Assembly (NCBI GenBank): GCA_965198115.1 | Contig: OZ240241.1 | Span: 1,440,001-1,504,000, forward strand | Length of the DNA: 64,000 nt | Reading direction: 5' to 3' | DNA from: Candidatus Latescibacterota bacterium | Lineage (GTDB): Bacteria; Latescibacterota; UBA2968 | Shown: piece by piece, positions 30,003 to 41,648 of the stretch | Layout: each line of letters starts with the position of its first letter | Position numbering within the stretch: position 1 is the first letter of the stretch | The notes under the pieces: generated by a model | Seen by the model: only the letters and a program-made list of their open reading frames with translations | The model's database searches: none | What the model was told of the DNA's origin: nothing | Position numbers and translations under genes: made by a program

Positions 30003-31172
30003 TCATCGCTCCACCCGCTCCCCCCACGGGCCCTCAATGTACGGAAATCGCTCCTCCAGCCCTTCCACCAGCTCCACACCCCATCCCGGCGCTTGAGGCA
30101 TCACAAGGTGGCCATCGCTCCTGTCCGGCTGCACCTTGAGAATCTCCCACTGCAGAGGCCCCTGTCCGACGAAAAGTTCCAGCACCGCATCGTGGGGCAA
30201 CGCGGCGATCAGATGGGCGTTCGACACCGTCAGCAACCCGTTGTGCCAGTTTTGGGGGATCAGGCGAATCCCGCATTCGGCCGCCCGACGGGCAATGCGA
30301 AGCGCCTCGGCCATCCCACAGACCCCGACGTCGAGCTGCGCGATCGAGTAAGCACTCAATTCGAAGAAGGGTTCGAAATCGGCCAATCTTGAATTGGACT
30401 CCCCACCTGTAATAGGAAGCTCGAGGGCCTCATTCAGGCGAGCATACCCCTCCACGTTGTCCTTGGTCAGGGGCTCCTCGAACCAGTCCCAGCCCAGGTC
30501 GTCCAAAACGTGCCCGACCTTGAGCGCATCTTCCTCGGTGAAACGGCAGTTGCCTTCCAACTTCAGCTCCATCCGGTCTCCGACGGCATCGGTCATCTGA
30601 CGCAACAGCTCTACGAAACGGTCGATCGTGACGTCCGACCAGGCCCATTGTGTGCCGATCCGCATCTTGTAGGCCGTGAAGCCCTCGTCTGCCAATGAAA
30701 CCGCCTCGTCGATCACCGATTCGGGATGGTCGTCCCAATCGTACTGAACGCCCGCGGATGCGTAGAGGCGAAGGCGACTTCGGGGTTTTCTATCTGGATC
30801 ATCGGGGGTCAATTCGGGGACGAGCAATTCGGCGACCTGTTTTCCCTCGATCTTTGCGCGGATATCCCACAGAGCGAGTTCAATGCCTGCGCACGTGATG
30901 TCAGCCTGACGGTCGCCCGTGGCGAGAGTGACGAGATCCGGCTCCAGCGGATCGCGCCCAATCAGATCCGGCTTCATCCCGTCGATGCGATCTCGGATCC
31001 TGGGTGGATCGCCATACGTAGATGGTTCCGCGATGCCCGTGACCCCCTCATCGGTCTCGACGACGACGATCGGACAGTCCGCCTTGTAAACTCGAAACTG
31101 GGAGCTGAACCACTCGAGCTCAGGCTCGTGGGAACGCGAGAGACAAAGGGTGCGAAGATCGGTGATTCTCAT
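30003..31172 (-). CDS. mandelate racemase/muconate lactonizing enzyme family protein
   Basis: VETDEGVTG, LALWDI, YKMR, WFEEP, ITGGE. Confidence 0.9.
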   Translation of the reverse strand: MRITDLRTLCLSRSHEPELEWFSSQFRVYKADCPIVVVETDEGVTGIAEPSTYGDPPRIRDRIDGMKPDLIGRDPLEPDLVTLATGDRQADITCAGIELALWDIRAKIEGKQVAELLVPELTPDDPDRKPRSRLRLYASAGVQYDWDDHPESVIDEAVSLADEGFTAYKMRIGTQWAWSDVTIDRFVELLRQMTDAVGDRMELKLEGNCRFTEEDALKVGHVLDDLGWDWFEEPLTKDNVEGYARLNEALELPITGGESNSRLADFEPFFELSAYSIAQLDVGVCGMAEALRIARRAAECGIRLIPQNWHNGLLTVSNAHLIAALPHDAVLELFVGQGPLQWEILKVQPDRSDGHLVMPQAPGWGVELVEGLEERFPYIEGPWGERVER

Positions 31173-31307
31173 GGACCATCCAGCAAATGGCTATGATGGA
31201 GAATCGTTCGAGGCATAGTGGATGCTGCCAAGATAGTGTCGGCATCGAATGCCCTGCAAGCGTCGCTGATCCATACTCAACTAACCTGAATTATGCATAA
31301 AAAAAAA

Positions 31308-32727
31308 GGCTCTATCCGGGTTTCTCAACGGTGAAACTATAGAATGACAAGGTCATAGATCGTTCCCTACGCTTGGTTGTGTGTGTAGGACAATCAAAGC
31401 GAAGGGGGTGCGACCTATGACCGGGAGCAGATTACTATCGAAACTGCTGAGATTCAAGGGGTTCCGTGTTGTCAGCTGGTGGTTTGAGGGGAGAAGCTGT
31501 TTCGTCATCGCCGTAAAGCCACATAAGAATGGTTGTTGTTGTCCGGAGTGCGGCCGTCGAGGTAAAATCGTCCGCACAATGCCCCATCCGCGTCGGTGGC
31601 GTGACATTCCGGTGTGCGGGTGGAGGGTCTGGCTTCTCTACCATCCTCGGGAGATTCGGTGTCCTACCCACGGTCGTGTGGTCGAGGAGATTCCGTGGGC
31701 GGAGCGGTTCTCTCGGGTGACGTATCGCTTCGAGTATGCCATGCTGCGCTACTGCCAGACCATGACGCAGAAGGCGGCGTCCGAGTTACTGCGCATCTCT
31801 GCCTCGACGCTGTCGGATCTCCTTCACCGATCCATCACGCGGCTTCGTGAAGGTCATCGTATCCGAGGGCTCAAAACCATCGGGATCGACGAGATCTCCT
31901 ACGCCAAGCGTCACAGGTACGCCACGCTCGTTTACGATCTGGACCGCTCCTGCGTGGTGTGGGTTGGCCGCGGCAGGGCGCGTAAAACGATCGATCGGTT
32001 CTTCACAGAGGCTCTCAGTCCCTACCAGAGATCCAAGATCGAGTGGGCCTGCTGCGACATGAGCGAAGCTTACATCGGAGCCATCCAGGAACACTGTCCG
32101 AATGCCAAGCTGGTCCTCGATCGCTTTCACATCGTCAAGGCTCTCAATGCCGCCGTTGACGAGGTCCGTAAGGACCAGTGGCGTAAAGCTGCCCCGGATG
32201 AGCGCAAAGCCATGAAGGGCCTCCGATGGCTCCTCTACCGGCACTCAGCGACACGCTCCAGAGGGGATACTCGGACACTCAAAGCACTGGAGAAGGCGAA
32301 CTACCGAATCTATAGAGCCTGGAGACTCAAGGACGAGTTCGAGCAGTTCTGGGAATACAAAGCGCCCTGGGCTGCCGAACGCTTCCTGAAATGCTGGACG
32401 ACGTCCGCACTCAGAAGTCGACTTGAACCCCTGCGAAAGTTCGTCAGGACCCTGCGACAGCACTTCTTCGGCGTCCTCGCATTCGTGAACACGCGTCTTA
32501 CCAACGCCATCGCCGAAGGCCTCAACCGAATCGTCCAAATCGTCAAGAACCGAGCCAGCGGATTCCGCACACTCGACGCATTCAACGATATGATCTTCCT
32601 TACCGTCGGAGACATAAACATCCCTGAGCAGATTCCGAAGAGGTTCCGCACACTCTAACCGCGCCCCCATGCCAGGAACCACGGCACCTTCACCCACTTC
32701 ATCTCGTTGAGAGATCCGGATATAGCC
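31308..32727 (+). mobile_element. ISL3-family IS, copy 2
   Basis: Near-identical to 2901-4320; TSD ATAAAAAA (left A-run is 3 nt longer). Confidence 0.95.
31381..32658 (+). CDS. ISL3-family transposase
   Basis: Same protein as 2974-4251 except the last residue. Confidence 0.95.
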   Translation: MCRTIKAKGVRPMTGSRLLSKLLRFKGFRVVSWWFEGRSCFVIAVKPHKNGCCCPECGRRGKIVRTMPHPRRWRDIPVCGWRVWLLYHPREIRCPTHGRVVEEIPWAERFSRVTYRFEYAMLRYCQTMTQKAASELLRISASTLSDLLHRSITRLREGHRIRGLKTIGIDEISYAKRHRYATLVYDLDRSCVVWVGRGRARKTIDRFFTEALSPYQRSKIEWACCDMSEAYIGAIQEHCPNAKLVLDRFHIVKALNAAVDEVRKDQWRKAAPDERKAMKGLRWLLYRHSATRSRGDTRTLKALEKANYRIYRAWRLKDEFEQFWEYKAPWAAERFLKCWTTSALRSRLEPLRKFVRTLRQHFFGVLAFVNTRLTNAIAEGLNRIVQIVKNRASGFRTLDAFNDMIFLTVGDINIPEQIPKRFRTL

Positions 32728-32813
32728 ATAAAAAAGGTAGTCTCCTTGTACAAGTGTTTGTTTTTCCCTACATTAGGGCTGACACATCAAAACAACACTT
32801 GGAAGGAACTACC

Positions 32814-34151
32814 GTGATAGAACCTAGTCAGATCCGGTTACCATTCGCAAGCATTTCGGGCAAGGTAGTTGAGGCTGATTTTGCCGGTGGCGCCGTCAGG
32901 AGTGACGGTGGAGTTCTGTTGCTTCGCGCCCTTGAGTCTCAGATGGGATTGATCGCCAGAATGGTAGATGCTTTGCGAGATCGTCGTCACCCAAGCTATA
33001 TCGATCACACGCTTTTGGATCTTGTGAAGCAGCGTGTTTTTCAGATCGCTTGCGGCTATGAAGATGCCGTCGATTGTGATGATTTGCGCCACGATCCGGG
33101 CGTCAAGGCTGCCTGCGATCGGCTTCCTCTTTCCGGTCCTGATCTCGGGAGCCAATCAACGATGACACGACTTGAGAATGATGTGCGACGCTCGGATTTG
33201 TATCGGCTCGCACGGGCTTTTGTAGACGGGTTCATCGCATCGTATGACCAGGCACCCCCAAGCATCATTCTCGATATCGACGACACGGATGACCCAACGC
33301 ACGGTGCGCAACAATTTTCACTCTTCAACGCGTATTACAATGAACACTGCTATATGCCGCTACATATCTATGAAGGCCAAAGCGGCAAGCTCATTACGAC
33401 GATCTTGAGACCCGGGCATCCGACGAACGGTAAACAGGTCGTTTCTATTCTCAAGCGCTTGGTGGAACACCTACGCGGATCTTGGCCAAACGTGGAGATC
33501 ATCGTTCGCGCAGACTCAAAGTTCAGCTCACCAGAGATGCACGATTTCTGCGAAGACAACGGTATCTACTACGTTCTGGGCCAGGGCGCCAACTCCAGGC
33601 TCAAAGCGGCTGGACAAAACCTGATGGACCAAGCGCTACGTCTGAGCGAGCATAAGGAGACGATTCGCTTGTTCTCATCCTTCTCATATCAGGCTGGCAC
33701 CTACCGGCAGCCTCGCCGGATCATTCACAAGGCTGAAGTCACAAACGGCGAAGCAAATCCAAGATACCGCGTGACCAATTTACAGAGTAATCGAGACGGC
33801 TTTATCTATGATCGTATCTACTGCGCAAGGGGACGCACGGAAGGCTTCATCAAGGACCACAAAACATTCCTTCACTCCGATCGAACATCGTGCCACAAGT
33901 TTGAAGCCAACCAGTTCCGACTCTTTCTACACAGTGCTGCATACGCCTTGCTTCACGCACTCCGATCACAGGGACTCAAGGGCACCGCGTGGACCAAACC
34001 TCAGGTCAACACGATACAGAACCGTTTCCTCAAAATCGGCGCGAGAGTCATTGAAAGCGCACGAAGAATCCGATTCCATTTTCCAACATCGTATCCACTC
34101 AAAAACGTCTTGGTGTCAATCATCACCAGGCTCGAAACGAACACGCAGTAA
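32814..34151 (+). CDS. IS1380-family transposase
   Basis: SDGGVLLL, LDIDDTDDPTHG, VRADS, YCARG.E..IK, ANQFRL. Confidence 0.93.
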   Translation: MIEPSQIRLPFASISGKVVEADFAGGAVRSDGGVLLLRALESQMGLIARMVDALRDRRHPSYIDHTLLDLVKQRVFQIACGYEDAVDCDDLRHDPGVKAACDRLPLSGPDLGSQSTMTRLENDVRRSDLYRLARAFVDGFIASYDQAPPSIILDIDDTDDPTHGAQQFSLFNAYYNEHCYMPLHIYEGQSGKLITTILRPGHPTNGKQVVSILKRLVEHLRGSWPNVEIIVRADSKFSSPEMHDFCEDNGIYYVLGQGANSRLKAAGQNLMDQALRLSEHKETIRLFSSFSYQAGTYRQPRRIIHKAEVTNGEANPRYRVTNLQSNRDGFIYDRIYCARGRTEGFIKDHKTFLHSDRTSCHKFEANQFRLFLHSAAYALLHALRSQGLKGTAWTKPQVNTIQNRFLKIGARVIESARRIRFHFPTSYPLKNVLVSIITRLETNTQ

Positions 34152-34344
34152 CAACGCCGATCTATACCGGGGACAGCTATGTACACGTCGCAAAACAACA
34201 CCTGTTCCGGACGAAAATCGTGACTCTTGCGACTCGTAGAGACCGCTTACGGGACCTTGGACATCCGAAGAAGCCGAGAACAAATCCTGTGCGTGATCAC
34301 ATCACTCCAAAACAACCTAAACTCAAATTCATGCATGATTCAGG

Positions 34345-35691
34345 CTAATGCTACCACCACACCTAGAATGCGGCCTTCCTCGTTCTTCAGTGAGGAGATA
34401 CGGGCATCCAGAACGATGCCTCGATCAAAGACGCGCTCGCCCTCGACCTGTCGGCTTTCTCCATCCTTCAGCGAAGCCAGAACAGCTCTCGCCGTATCGA
34501 CGCAACCCTGATCTTTCAAAAACGCCGAGCACGAACGGGCATTCAAGTTCAGACCATCACCGAAAATGCGTTCGACCGCGGGGTTATACTGAATGACTCT
34601 GCCTCGGAGGTCGGTCGACAGCACACCGCTGCCCACGCTGCTCAGGATGTTCTCGTTCTGTACCTTCACGGCAAGCATGTCCTGGTAGAGCTGCGCGTTG
34701 ACAAGGGCCGAACCCGCTTGCTGACCCATCAGCTCCAGCAGCTGCGCTTCCGAATCCGAGAACGACTCCACTCCCGATCGCGTTTCCTTGTCGACAACGC
34801 CAATACATCCCACGGTCCCGAGCGGTGCGATCAGGGCCCCCGCTTCGGCCATGCCCTTCGGCAGCTGAGCTGGAGTCAGACGAACGGGTGCTTCTTCGCG
34901 CGTGACCTTGTTCATTCTCCGCTTGAGCGAGAGATCGTCGAACAGGGGCTCGCGACCTGCATAGCCGATTTCATTCACGAGACGCAGGCGTCCTCCGGCT
35001 CTCTCCTTCAGAAACAGAAATCCCGCCCGAGCGTCGACCACGCCGACCGCCAGGGCCAACACCTCCTCGATCACGTTCGAGGCTTCCAGCGAGGACCCCA
35101 GACTCAGACCGGCCTGATAGAGCGTCTCGAGTTCCACAACCTTCCGATTCAGCTGAAAGTTGGATGCACCTACCTCGTCCACGAGACGCTGGCTGTAGAT
35201 CGTCACTGCGAGATGCCGACCGAGGGCGTCGATCAGGGCCAGGTCGTCGTCCGTGTAGGCTTCGACGAGGAACCGCGCGCCAAGTAGAAGAACACCCACC
35301 AGACATCCCCCCGTGGCCAGCGGCATGGCGACCCGTGCCCCCCTCTTCGCCACGAGCTGCCGAATCGGCCCACGTCGCTCACCGCCCGAGTCGAGAGCTG
35401 CAATGGTCCTGAGTGCCCAATCAGCGCCGTGCTGACGACGTCCGGCACGACGCGACTCGCTGGGACGGACAGCCCGACGCACGACGCACGCAGCACCCGG
35501 CTCGTCTCGGTCTCGTACAGCAAAAGGGCTCCCCCCGATACGGCGAGAGCCCCCATCGCGCCACGCAACGCGGCCGACAACGCCTGTTCCCGTCCCACAT
35601 CGCTCGCGAGAAGATCGCCCATCTCCCCGAGCGCACTCAGACCGAACATCAGACGTTCGGCGTAGTCGCTCGATGCGGAGGGTTCGTTCAC
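34345..35691 (-). pseudogene. GAF-GAF-PAS sensor protein, frameshift near 35385, output domain missing at IS1380
   Basis: YTDDDLALI, FSDSEAQLLE..ALVNAQLY, ILSSVGSGVLSTD...YNPA; ends GVVVAL at the IS end. Confidence 0.8.
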
Positions 35692-36534
35692 GCGGCGGCG
35701 TCCTTTTCGATGAACTTCGTCAGCATCACGACGTTTCCCGTGTCATTGTAGAGCACCTCGTCCATAAGGCTGCGGATCAGATGGACACCCAGCCCCCGGG
35801 GCGCTTTCCGGCGGACTCCCGTTCGGCCATGTGCTTGCCCAGATCATCCGTCGGATCCTTCAGCGTTTCTGCGCTGAAGCCACCCCCCTCGTCCTCGACC
35901 TTCAGCACAACGCGGTCCGGCGCACAGTAATAGCTGACGAGGACTCGACGACGCTCGTCATACCGATTCCCCCACTCCATCGCGTTGTGGACAAGCTCAT
36001 CGATCGCCAGCATCAACTCATCCCGCGTGTCCTGATCGAGTTTGCTCTTTTCCAGCATCTCGACCAGTTCTTGCACCCGCGACACATATTCTTCTCTGCT
36101 GGGTACTGTGATCTCCACCCAATTCTCTCGCTCGACGCGGAAGGACCAATCGCCCGCGCTCCGCGATCGACGTCGCGAGGTTTTAAGACCGTGCAGGACT
36201 CGGAGCCCATCGTCGGTCGGATCGATGAAAGCCATCACACCCAGAAGCTCCAGGCGCTTTCGCTCCGACTCTTCCACTTCACCGACCACACCCAACGTCA
36301 GGTCCGGATGAGCTCGATGCAGGAACGCCGCGAGTCCTTCCTGCTCGTCAATATCGATTCGCGCGTCCATCGCCAGAGCATTCACTTCGCTCGCACGATC
36401 GCGCACGAGTTTGGCCGCACCTTCGGCCGAGGCGCTGCAGACGACCGTGTTGAACCCGGCTTTCGCTGCCGCTGCACGGACGACGTCCGCATCCGGTCCG
36501 ACATAGATCAATCCGATGTTCGTGTCCCCCTCAC
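35688..36534 (-). pseudogene. receiver-like domain + RsbW-type anti-sigma kinase (HATPase_c_2); indels in G-runs
   Basis: AIDELVHNAMEWGN, VEDEGGGF, RPGG|LGVHLIRSLMDEV; GTGA overlaps with both neighbours. Confidence 0.8.
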
Positions 36535-36869
36535 GTTAGGTCCGCCAGTTCTCGCACGGACGGCACGAGGACAGCCTTGCCCAAGAGCCCCATGATCTTG
36601 AACGTCTTGACCAGGATGGGACGCGTCGTACAGAATGCGACCCGCCCTCCCCGCTCGTCATAGGCTTCGATCACTTCGATCAGCCTGGCTATCCCCACGC
36701 TGTTCACGACCTGCGTCGACGTCATGTCAAAAGCAGCATAAAACGCGCCCGCTTTGCCCAGCCGTTCGGCCACGTCGAGCAACGTCTGTCCGCCCTTGCC
36801 GTCCACGTAGTCTGGCGACGCAATCACGATCCACTGATTTCCCGCCCGATCTTTGATTTGTGTTGCCAT
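36531..36869 (-). CDS. STAS-domain anti-sigma factor antagonist
   Basis: FDMTSTQVVNSVGI (phosphorylatable Ser), KTFKIMGL. Confidence 0.88.
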   Translation of the reverse strand: MATQIKDRAGNQWIVIASPDYVDGKGGQTLLDVAERLGKAGAFYAAFDMTSTQVVNSVGIARLIEVIEAYDERGGRVAFCTTRPILVKTFKIMGLLGKAVLVPSVRELADLT

Positions 36870-36878
36870 CCTGACCTC

Positions 36879-37919
36879 TTAAGCGGCAACGGCTCTTCCT
36901 CGACGCACCGATTCAACTTCCTTAAAACATAGCCGAAGCGCCGACGCAGCCTTTTCTCCACAGAGCTCGGGGGAAGCCCGTCCCGTTCGAACGACGTCGA
37001 CTGCGGCCTGGATCTCCTTCTTGAAAGCGTCGCCCGATCCCAGGCGGGGTCTTCTCACCCTGCCGTCCTCCGTAATCACACAGAGCGGCGTGGTTTCGTG
37101 TGCCTTTCCCTCGAGGGTAGAGGCTTCATACGTGATCGTTGCTCGTTCGGTGTAGACTTCGAACCCGTGCGTGAAGGGACGTCCCTTCTTCGAAATCGCA
37201 CCGGATGCGCAGGTCACGGTCAAATCCGGACGACGATCGTAGCGGTAGGTGGTCGATGCGTACTCGACGTACGTGTCACGAATCAGTCGACCCGAGGACA
37301 CGACCCTGTCGGGCTGACCGCAAAGCAGCTGGATGAAGTGGACATCGTGGACGTGAAGGTCGACACCGGGCCCCCCGCTTCGTTTCAGATTAGAGACGCC
37401 TCGGGACCAATCGGGGCGCGAAATGATCCTTTTGAAGTGGGCGCCCAGAAGCTTCCCATACGTTCCCTCTGCGATAGCGGCCGACAACCACGCATACTGC
37501 GGAAAGAAGGGCAAGACGTGAGCGACCATCAGGTGGCGGTCGACCTTCTTCGCTTCGCGGACCATGCGTACGGCATCCTTGCTCGTCAACGCAATCGGCT
37601 TCTCCACCAGCACGTGCTTCCCCGCTCGCAGTGCCTCGATCGCTCGATCGGCGTGTTGATCGGAGGGGTAGCAAATGTCGATGAGGTCGATCTTCGGATC
37701 GTGAATCAACCGCTCGAACTCGGAATGGACGTCGACACCCGTCAGGTCGACCCGTCCTCCCGCTGCCCCGAAGTTTCCACCGATGCCACGCCAATCGCCC
37801 GTACGCTTTTGGGGGGATCGCGAACAGATCGCAGCCACCTTGCCCCCTCGAAGTCGGCCGCACGACCTGAAATGCGTCATTCCCATGAAGCCGATACCGG
37901 CGATGCCGATGCGAACCAT
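36879..37919 (-). CDS. Gfo/Idh/MocA oxidoreductase
   Basis: GIAGIGFMG, HVLVEKP, DLHVHD. Confidence 0.92.
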   Translation of the reverse strand: MVRIGIAGIGFMGMTHFRSCGRLRGGKVAAICSRSPQKRTGDWRGIGGNFGAAGGRVDLTGVDVHSEFERLIHDPKIDLIDICYPSDQHADRAIEALRAGKHVLVEKPIALTSKDAVRMVREAKKVDRHLMVAHVLPFFPQYAWLSAAIAEGTYGKLLGAHFKRIISRPDWSRGVSNLKRSGGPGVDLHVHDVHFIQLLCGQPDRVVSSGRLIRDTYVEYASTTYRYDRRPDLTVTCASGAISKKGRPFTHGFEVYTERATITYEASTLEGKAHETTPLCVITEDGRVRRPRLGSGDAFKKEIQAAVDVVRTGRASPELCGEKAASALRLCFKEVESVRRGRAVAA

Positions 37920-38028
37920 TTTCCCGCCCTGCTGAAGGTGAACAATCGACCGGCAGAATATAGTACCTGAACTTGGCGCATTCAAGCAACGGCGTGTCGG
38001 CCGCCCGCGTTCTGCTTACATTAGACCC

Positions 38029-39462
38029 ATGCTCGAAGACTCACTTTGTCTCCGTGTCGAGGGCTACGCACGGACCCACAAGCTGTTGCCGCCCGGGGGC
38101 TCGGTCGTCGTCGCCGTCTCGGGGGGGGCAGATTCCGTCGTGCTCCTCGACGTGCTCGATGGTCTGGCCGATCGCCGGGGTCTCGTGCTGCACGTGGCGC
38201 ACCTCGACCACGGGCTTCGTGCCGACGCCCAACAAGACGTCGAATTCGTAGAAACACTCTCGCGCGCCAGACGTCTAACATGCCACACGGCAAGGGCCGA
38301 AGTCTCCAAACGAGCGCGGTGCCGTGGTGAGTCTGTCGAAGAAGCCGGAAGGGAAGAGCGACGCGCGTTCCTGGATCGGGTGGCGCAGGCTGTCGGAGCA
38401 AACAGGATCGCCTTGGGCCACAACCTGGACGATCAGGCCGAAACGGTCCTGATGAGACTCACGCGGGGTGCGGGTTTGTCCGGACTCGCCGGAATCAGAC
38501 CCATCCGCCAAAACCGCTGGATCCGCCCACTCCTCTGTGTCTCCCGGGCCGAGATCGAAGCCTATGCCGCGCGTCACGACCTGCGCTACGTGACCGACTC
38601 GACCAACAGCGACAGACGTTATCTCAGGAACCGGGTCCGGCACGGACTCATTCCGCGTCTGAAAGACGACGTTTCAGCCGCCGTGCCTGCGGTGATTGCT
38701 CGATCGGCCGACTTGCTCCGAGCCGACGATGAATTCCTGGAGCAAACGGCGGTAGACGCCTTAAAAAACGTGACTTGCGTCCATACAGCTCGGAAGATTG
38801 CGCTTGATGGTCCGAAGTGTTTCGGTTATCATATATCGGTTCAGCGTCGTCTCTTCCGAATGGCCGCAATCAGGCTGGGAATCGACCTAAAAAGGCTGAC
38901 GGCGACGCGACTGATCGACGCTTTGGAGCGGCTGGCCCAAGGTTCCGCTCGCGTCGACCTCACGCAGGATCTCACCGCCTGTTTCGACGGGCGGCTCGTT
39001 GTTTTAGGGCGGGTTGTCGAGCCCTTCGAATGGGACCTTCACGATTCGGGTGTGACAGTGGCACCCGAAATCGGGGCCAGAGTAGTCGCTTCGTCCGATT
39101 GCGCGCTTCCCAGAAACCTGAAGAAGATCGATCCGTTCACCGCCTGGTTCGACCGATCCCGACTCGGAGCACTCAGCCTCCGATCGATCAGGAACGGAGA
39201 TCGCCTCGAGCCGTATGGCCTCTCGGGAACGGTCAAGGTCCACAAGCTCCTGATCGACCAAAAGATCCCCCGGATTCTGAGGGACGAGATTCCGGTCGTC
39301 GTCAGTGGCAATGAGCCAATCTGGGTCGTGGGGTTGCGCACTTCTGCACGCGCACCCGTCGGGCCACGAGCAGACGCGATACGGTTGGAGTTCACGGGGG
39401 ACTGGCGCCAGTTAGCGAACGCATTCAAACTTCCGTCTTCGAAAGTTCTCGCCCATGGCTGA
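38029..39462 (+). CDS. tilS: tRNA(Ile)-lysidine synthetase
   Basis: [35 protein letters not shown]. Confidence 0.95.
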   Translation: MLEDSLCLRVEGYARTHKLLPPGGSVVVAVSGGADSVVLLDVLDGLADRRGLVLHVAHLDHGLRADAQQDVEFVETLSRARRLTCHTARAEVSKRARCRGESVEEAGREERRAFLDRVAQAVGANRIALGHNLDDQAETVLMRLTRGAGLSGLAGIRPIRQNRWIRPLLCVSRAEIEAYAARHDLRYVTDSTNSDRRYLRNRVRHGLIPRLKDDVSAAVPAVIARSADLLRADDEFLEQTAVDALKNVTCVHTARKIALDGPKCFGYHISVQRRLFRMAAIRLGIDLKRLTATRLIDALERLAQGSARVDLTQDLTACFDGRLVVLGRVVEPFEWDLHDSGVTVAPEIGARVVASSDCALPRNLKKIDPFTAWFDRSRLGALSLRSIRNGDRLEPYGLSGTVKVHKLLIDQKIPRILRDEIPVVVSGNEPIWVVGLRTSARAPVGPRADAIRLEFTGDWRQLANAFKLPSSKVLAHG

Positions 39463-41587
39463 ACCCGATCCAAAAAAGACTGATCGCAACGAGGAACCCG
39501 TGCGACAGCCAAAGCAGCAACGCCCCGACGATTCTCGCCAACCCGACGGGAAGCGTCCGTGGCGACGGATTTCCAAAACCCTCGCGTTTTGGGTAATCTT
39601 CCTCCTCGTCGCGATTTTCGCCTCCAAGTTCCTGGGTAGCAACACGTCCAACGACGAAGTCGTCTTGAGCTACAAGGAATACAAGCAGCTGCTGGAGGCG
39701 GGCAAGATCGAGAGCGCCGTCATCATCGAAACGGAATTCCATGGTTCGCTGCTAGAACCCGAATTCACGAGCGGGCAACGGGGGCCACAAAGGAGCTACG
39801 ACGCGTTCGTCGTCAATCTCGGCGTCATCGACGCGGAAACGCGCTCCGAATGGGAAGAGCACGGCGTCAACTTCCGGTTCCAGAACAAGCCATTCAATTG
39901 GCTCAGCGTCTTTTTCAATTTCCTGCCCTGGCTTTTGTTCGTCGGTCTGTGGCTCTTCATCCTGCGGCAGATGCAGGGGGGGCCAAAGGGCGCGTTCAGC
40001 TTTGGAAAGAGCCGCGCCAAGCTCGTCTCCGAAGACCGGCCGAAGATTACGTTCAAAGACGTGGCCGGTGCCGACGAGGCCAAAGAGGAATTGCAGGAAA
40101 TCATCGAGTTCCTCAAAGATCCGCGTAAATTCCAGCGTCTGGGTGGCCGCATCCCGAAGGGCGTTCTGCTCGTCGGTCCCCCGGGAACCGGTAAGACCTA
40201 CATGGCCAAAGCCGTCGCCGGCGAAGCGGCAGTTCCGTTCTTCAGCATGAGCGGATCCGACTTTGTGGAAATGTTCGTGGGTGTGGGAGCTTCCCGGGTG
40301 CGCGACCTGTTCGAGCAGGGCAAGAACCACGCGCCGTGTATCATCTTTATCGACGAAATGGACGCGGTCGGACGTCACCGGGGTGCGGGTATCGGTGGCG
40401 GTCACGACGAGCGGGAGCAGACCCTTAACCAGCTCCTCGTCGAGATGGACGGTTTTGAATCAAAAGAAGGCGTCATCCTCATCGCCGCCACGAACCGACC
40501 CGATGTCCTCGACCCCGCTTTGATGCGCCCAGGCCGATTCGATCGTCAGGTCGTCGTCGATCTCCCCGATGTCAAGGGGCGTGAAGGTATCATCCGTGTC
40601 CACACACGGAACGTTCCCCTCGCGAAGGATGTGGAAATCAAAGTCATCGCGCGTGGCACCCCGGGGCTCTCTGGCGCAGACCTCGAGAACCTCGTCAACG
40701 AGGCGGCGCTATTGGCCTCCCGCCAGGATCGTTCCCGAGTGATGATGCAGGATTTCGAAGACGCCAAAGACAAGGTGATGATGGGCGTCGAGCGTCGAAG
40801 TATGGTCATTTCCGACGACGAGAAGCGACTCACGTCCTATCACGAAATCGGCCACGCCCTCATCGCCAAGCTGATACCCGAGAGCGACCCGGTCCACAAG
40901 GTCACGATCATACCGAGGGGGCGTGGACTCGGACTCACGACCTACCTCCCCGTCGACGAGCGTCACACCCTACGCGAGAGCTATTGCCGGGCCAGAATGG
41001 CTTACACCCTGGGCGGCCGCGTCGCCGAAGAGATCGTCTTTGGCGAGGTCACCACGGGCGCCTCCAACGACTACGCCCAGGCCACCGAACTGGCGCGACG
41101 CATGGTCTGCGATTGGGGCATGAGCGAACGTCTCGGCCCCATGTCCTACGGCCAGAAGCAAGACGAAATCTTCCTCGGCCGCGACATGGTACACCGCAGG
41201 GACTACAGCGACAACACGGCCGAAATCATCGATGAGGAAATCAAGGTCCTCATCACCGAAGCAGCCGACAGGGCACGCCGGCTGCTCCAGGACAACACAC
41301 CGCTCCTGCACGCCATGGCCGAAGCGCTGCTCGAGCACGAGGTCCTCGACGACGCCCAGCTCGACAGACTGATGCGGGGTGAAAAGCTCGAGCCACCCTC
41401 ACGCAACGGCCGGAACCAGGAGCTCACCGAAGCGCCGGAGTCGGCGACCGATGGCAAGTCGGCGACTGAAGACAAGTCGGCGACCGAGGGCGAAGAAGAC
41501 ACCGAGAAGATAGACCTAATCGACGAAAGCGAAGACCCGATCAGCGACGAACCCGAACCAGAAGAGACGAAACCGTCCGAAGACTGA
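39455..41587 (+). CDS. ftsH: ATP-dependent zinc metalloprotease FtsH
   Basis: Two TM segments, [20 protein letters not shown]. Confidence 0.97.
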   Translation: MAEPDPKKTDRNEEPVRQPKQQRPDDSRQPDGKRPWRRISKTLAFWVIFLLVAIFASKFLGSNTSNDEVVLSYKEYKQLLEAGKIESAVIIETEFHGSLLEPEFTSGQRGPQRSYDAFVVNLGVIDAETRSEWEEHGVNFRFQNKPFNWLSVFFNFLPWLLFVGLWLFILRQMQGGPKGAFSFGKSRAKLVSEDRPKITFKDVAGADEAKEELQEIIEFLKDPRKFQRLGGRIPKGVLLVGPPGTGKTYMAKAVAGEAAVPFFSMSGSDFVEMFVGVGASRVRDLFEQGKNHAPCIIFIDEMDAVGRHRGAGIGGGHDEREQTLNQLLVEMDGFESKEGVILIAATNRPDVLDPALMRPGRFDRQVVVDLPDVKGREGIIRVHTRNVPLAKDVEIKVIARGTPGLSGADLENLVNEAALLASRQDRSRVMMQDFEDAKDKVMMGVERRSMVISDDEKRLTSYHEIGHALIAKLIPESDPVHKVTIIPRGRGLGLTTYLPVDERHTLRESYCRARMAYTLGGRVAEEIVFGEVTTGASNDYAQATELARRMVCDWGMSERLGPMSYGQKQDEIFLGRDMVHRRDYSDNTAEIIDEEIKVLITEAADRARRLLQDNTPLLHAMAEALLEHEVLDDAQLDRLMRGEKLEPPSRNGRNQELTEAPESATDGKSATEDKSATEGEEDTEKIDLIDESEDPISDEPEPEETKPSED
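41438..41491 (+). repeat. 18-bp in-frame tandem repeat x3 in the FtsH acidic tail
   Basis: [18 protein letters not shown]. Confidence 0.7.
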
Positions 41588-41648
41588 CGAGCCTCCCGAT
41601 GGGATCTCGTGCGTGGCAGGGCCCAAGGGCCACTGCCACGTTTCTGTT

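Larger units (their letters stand above)
31285..34344 (+). mobile_element. IS1380-family IS, copy 1, carrying a nested ISL3 near its left end
   Basis: IRs CCTGAATTATGCAT / ATGCATGATTCAGG; CTAA on both flanks. Confidence 0.9.
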
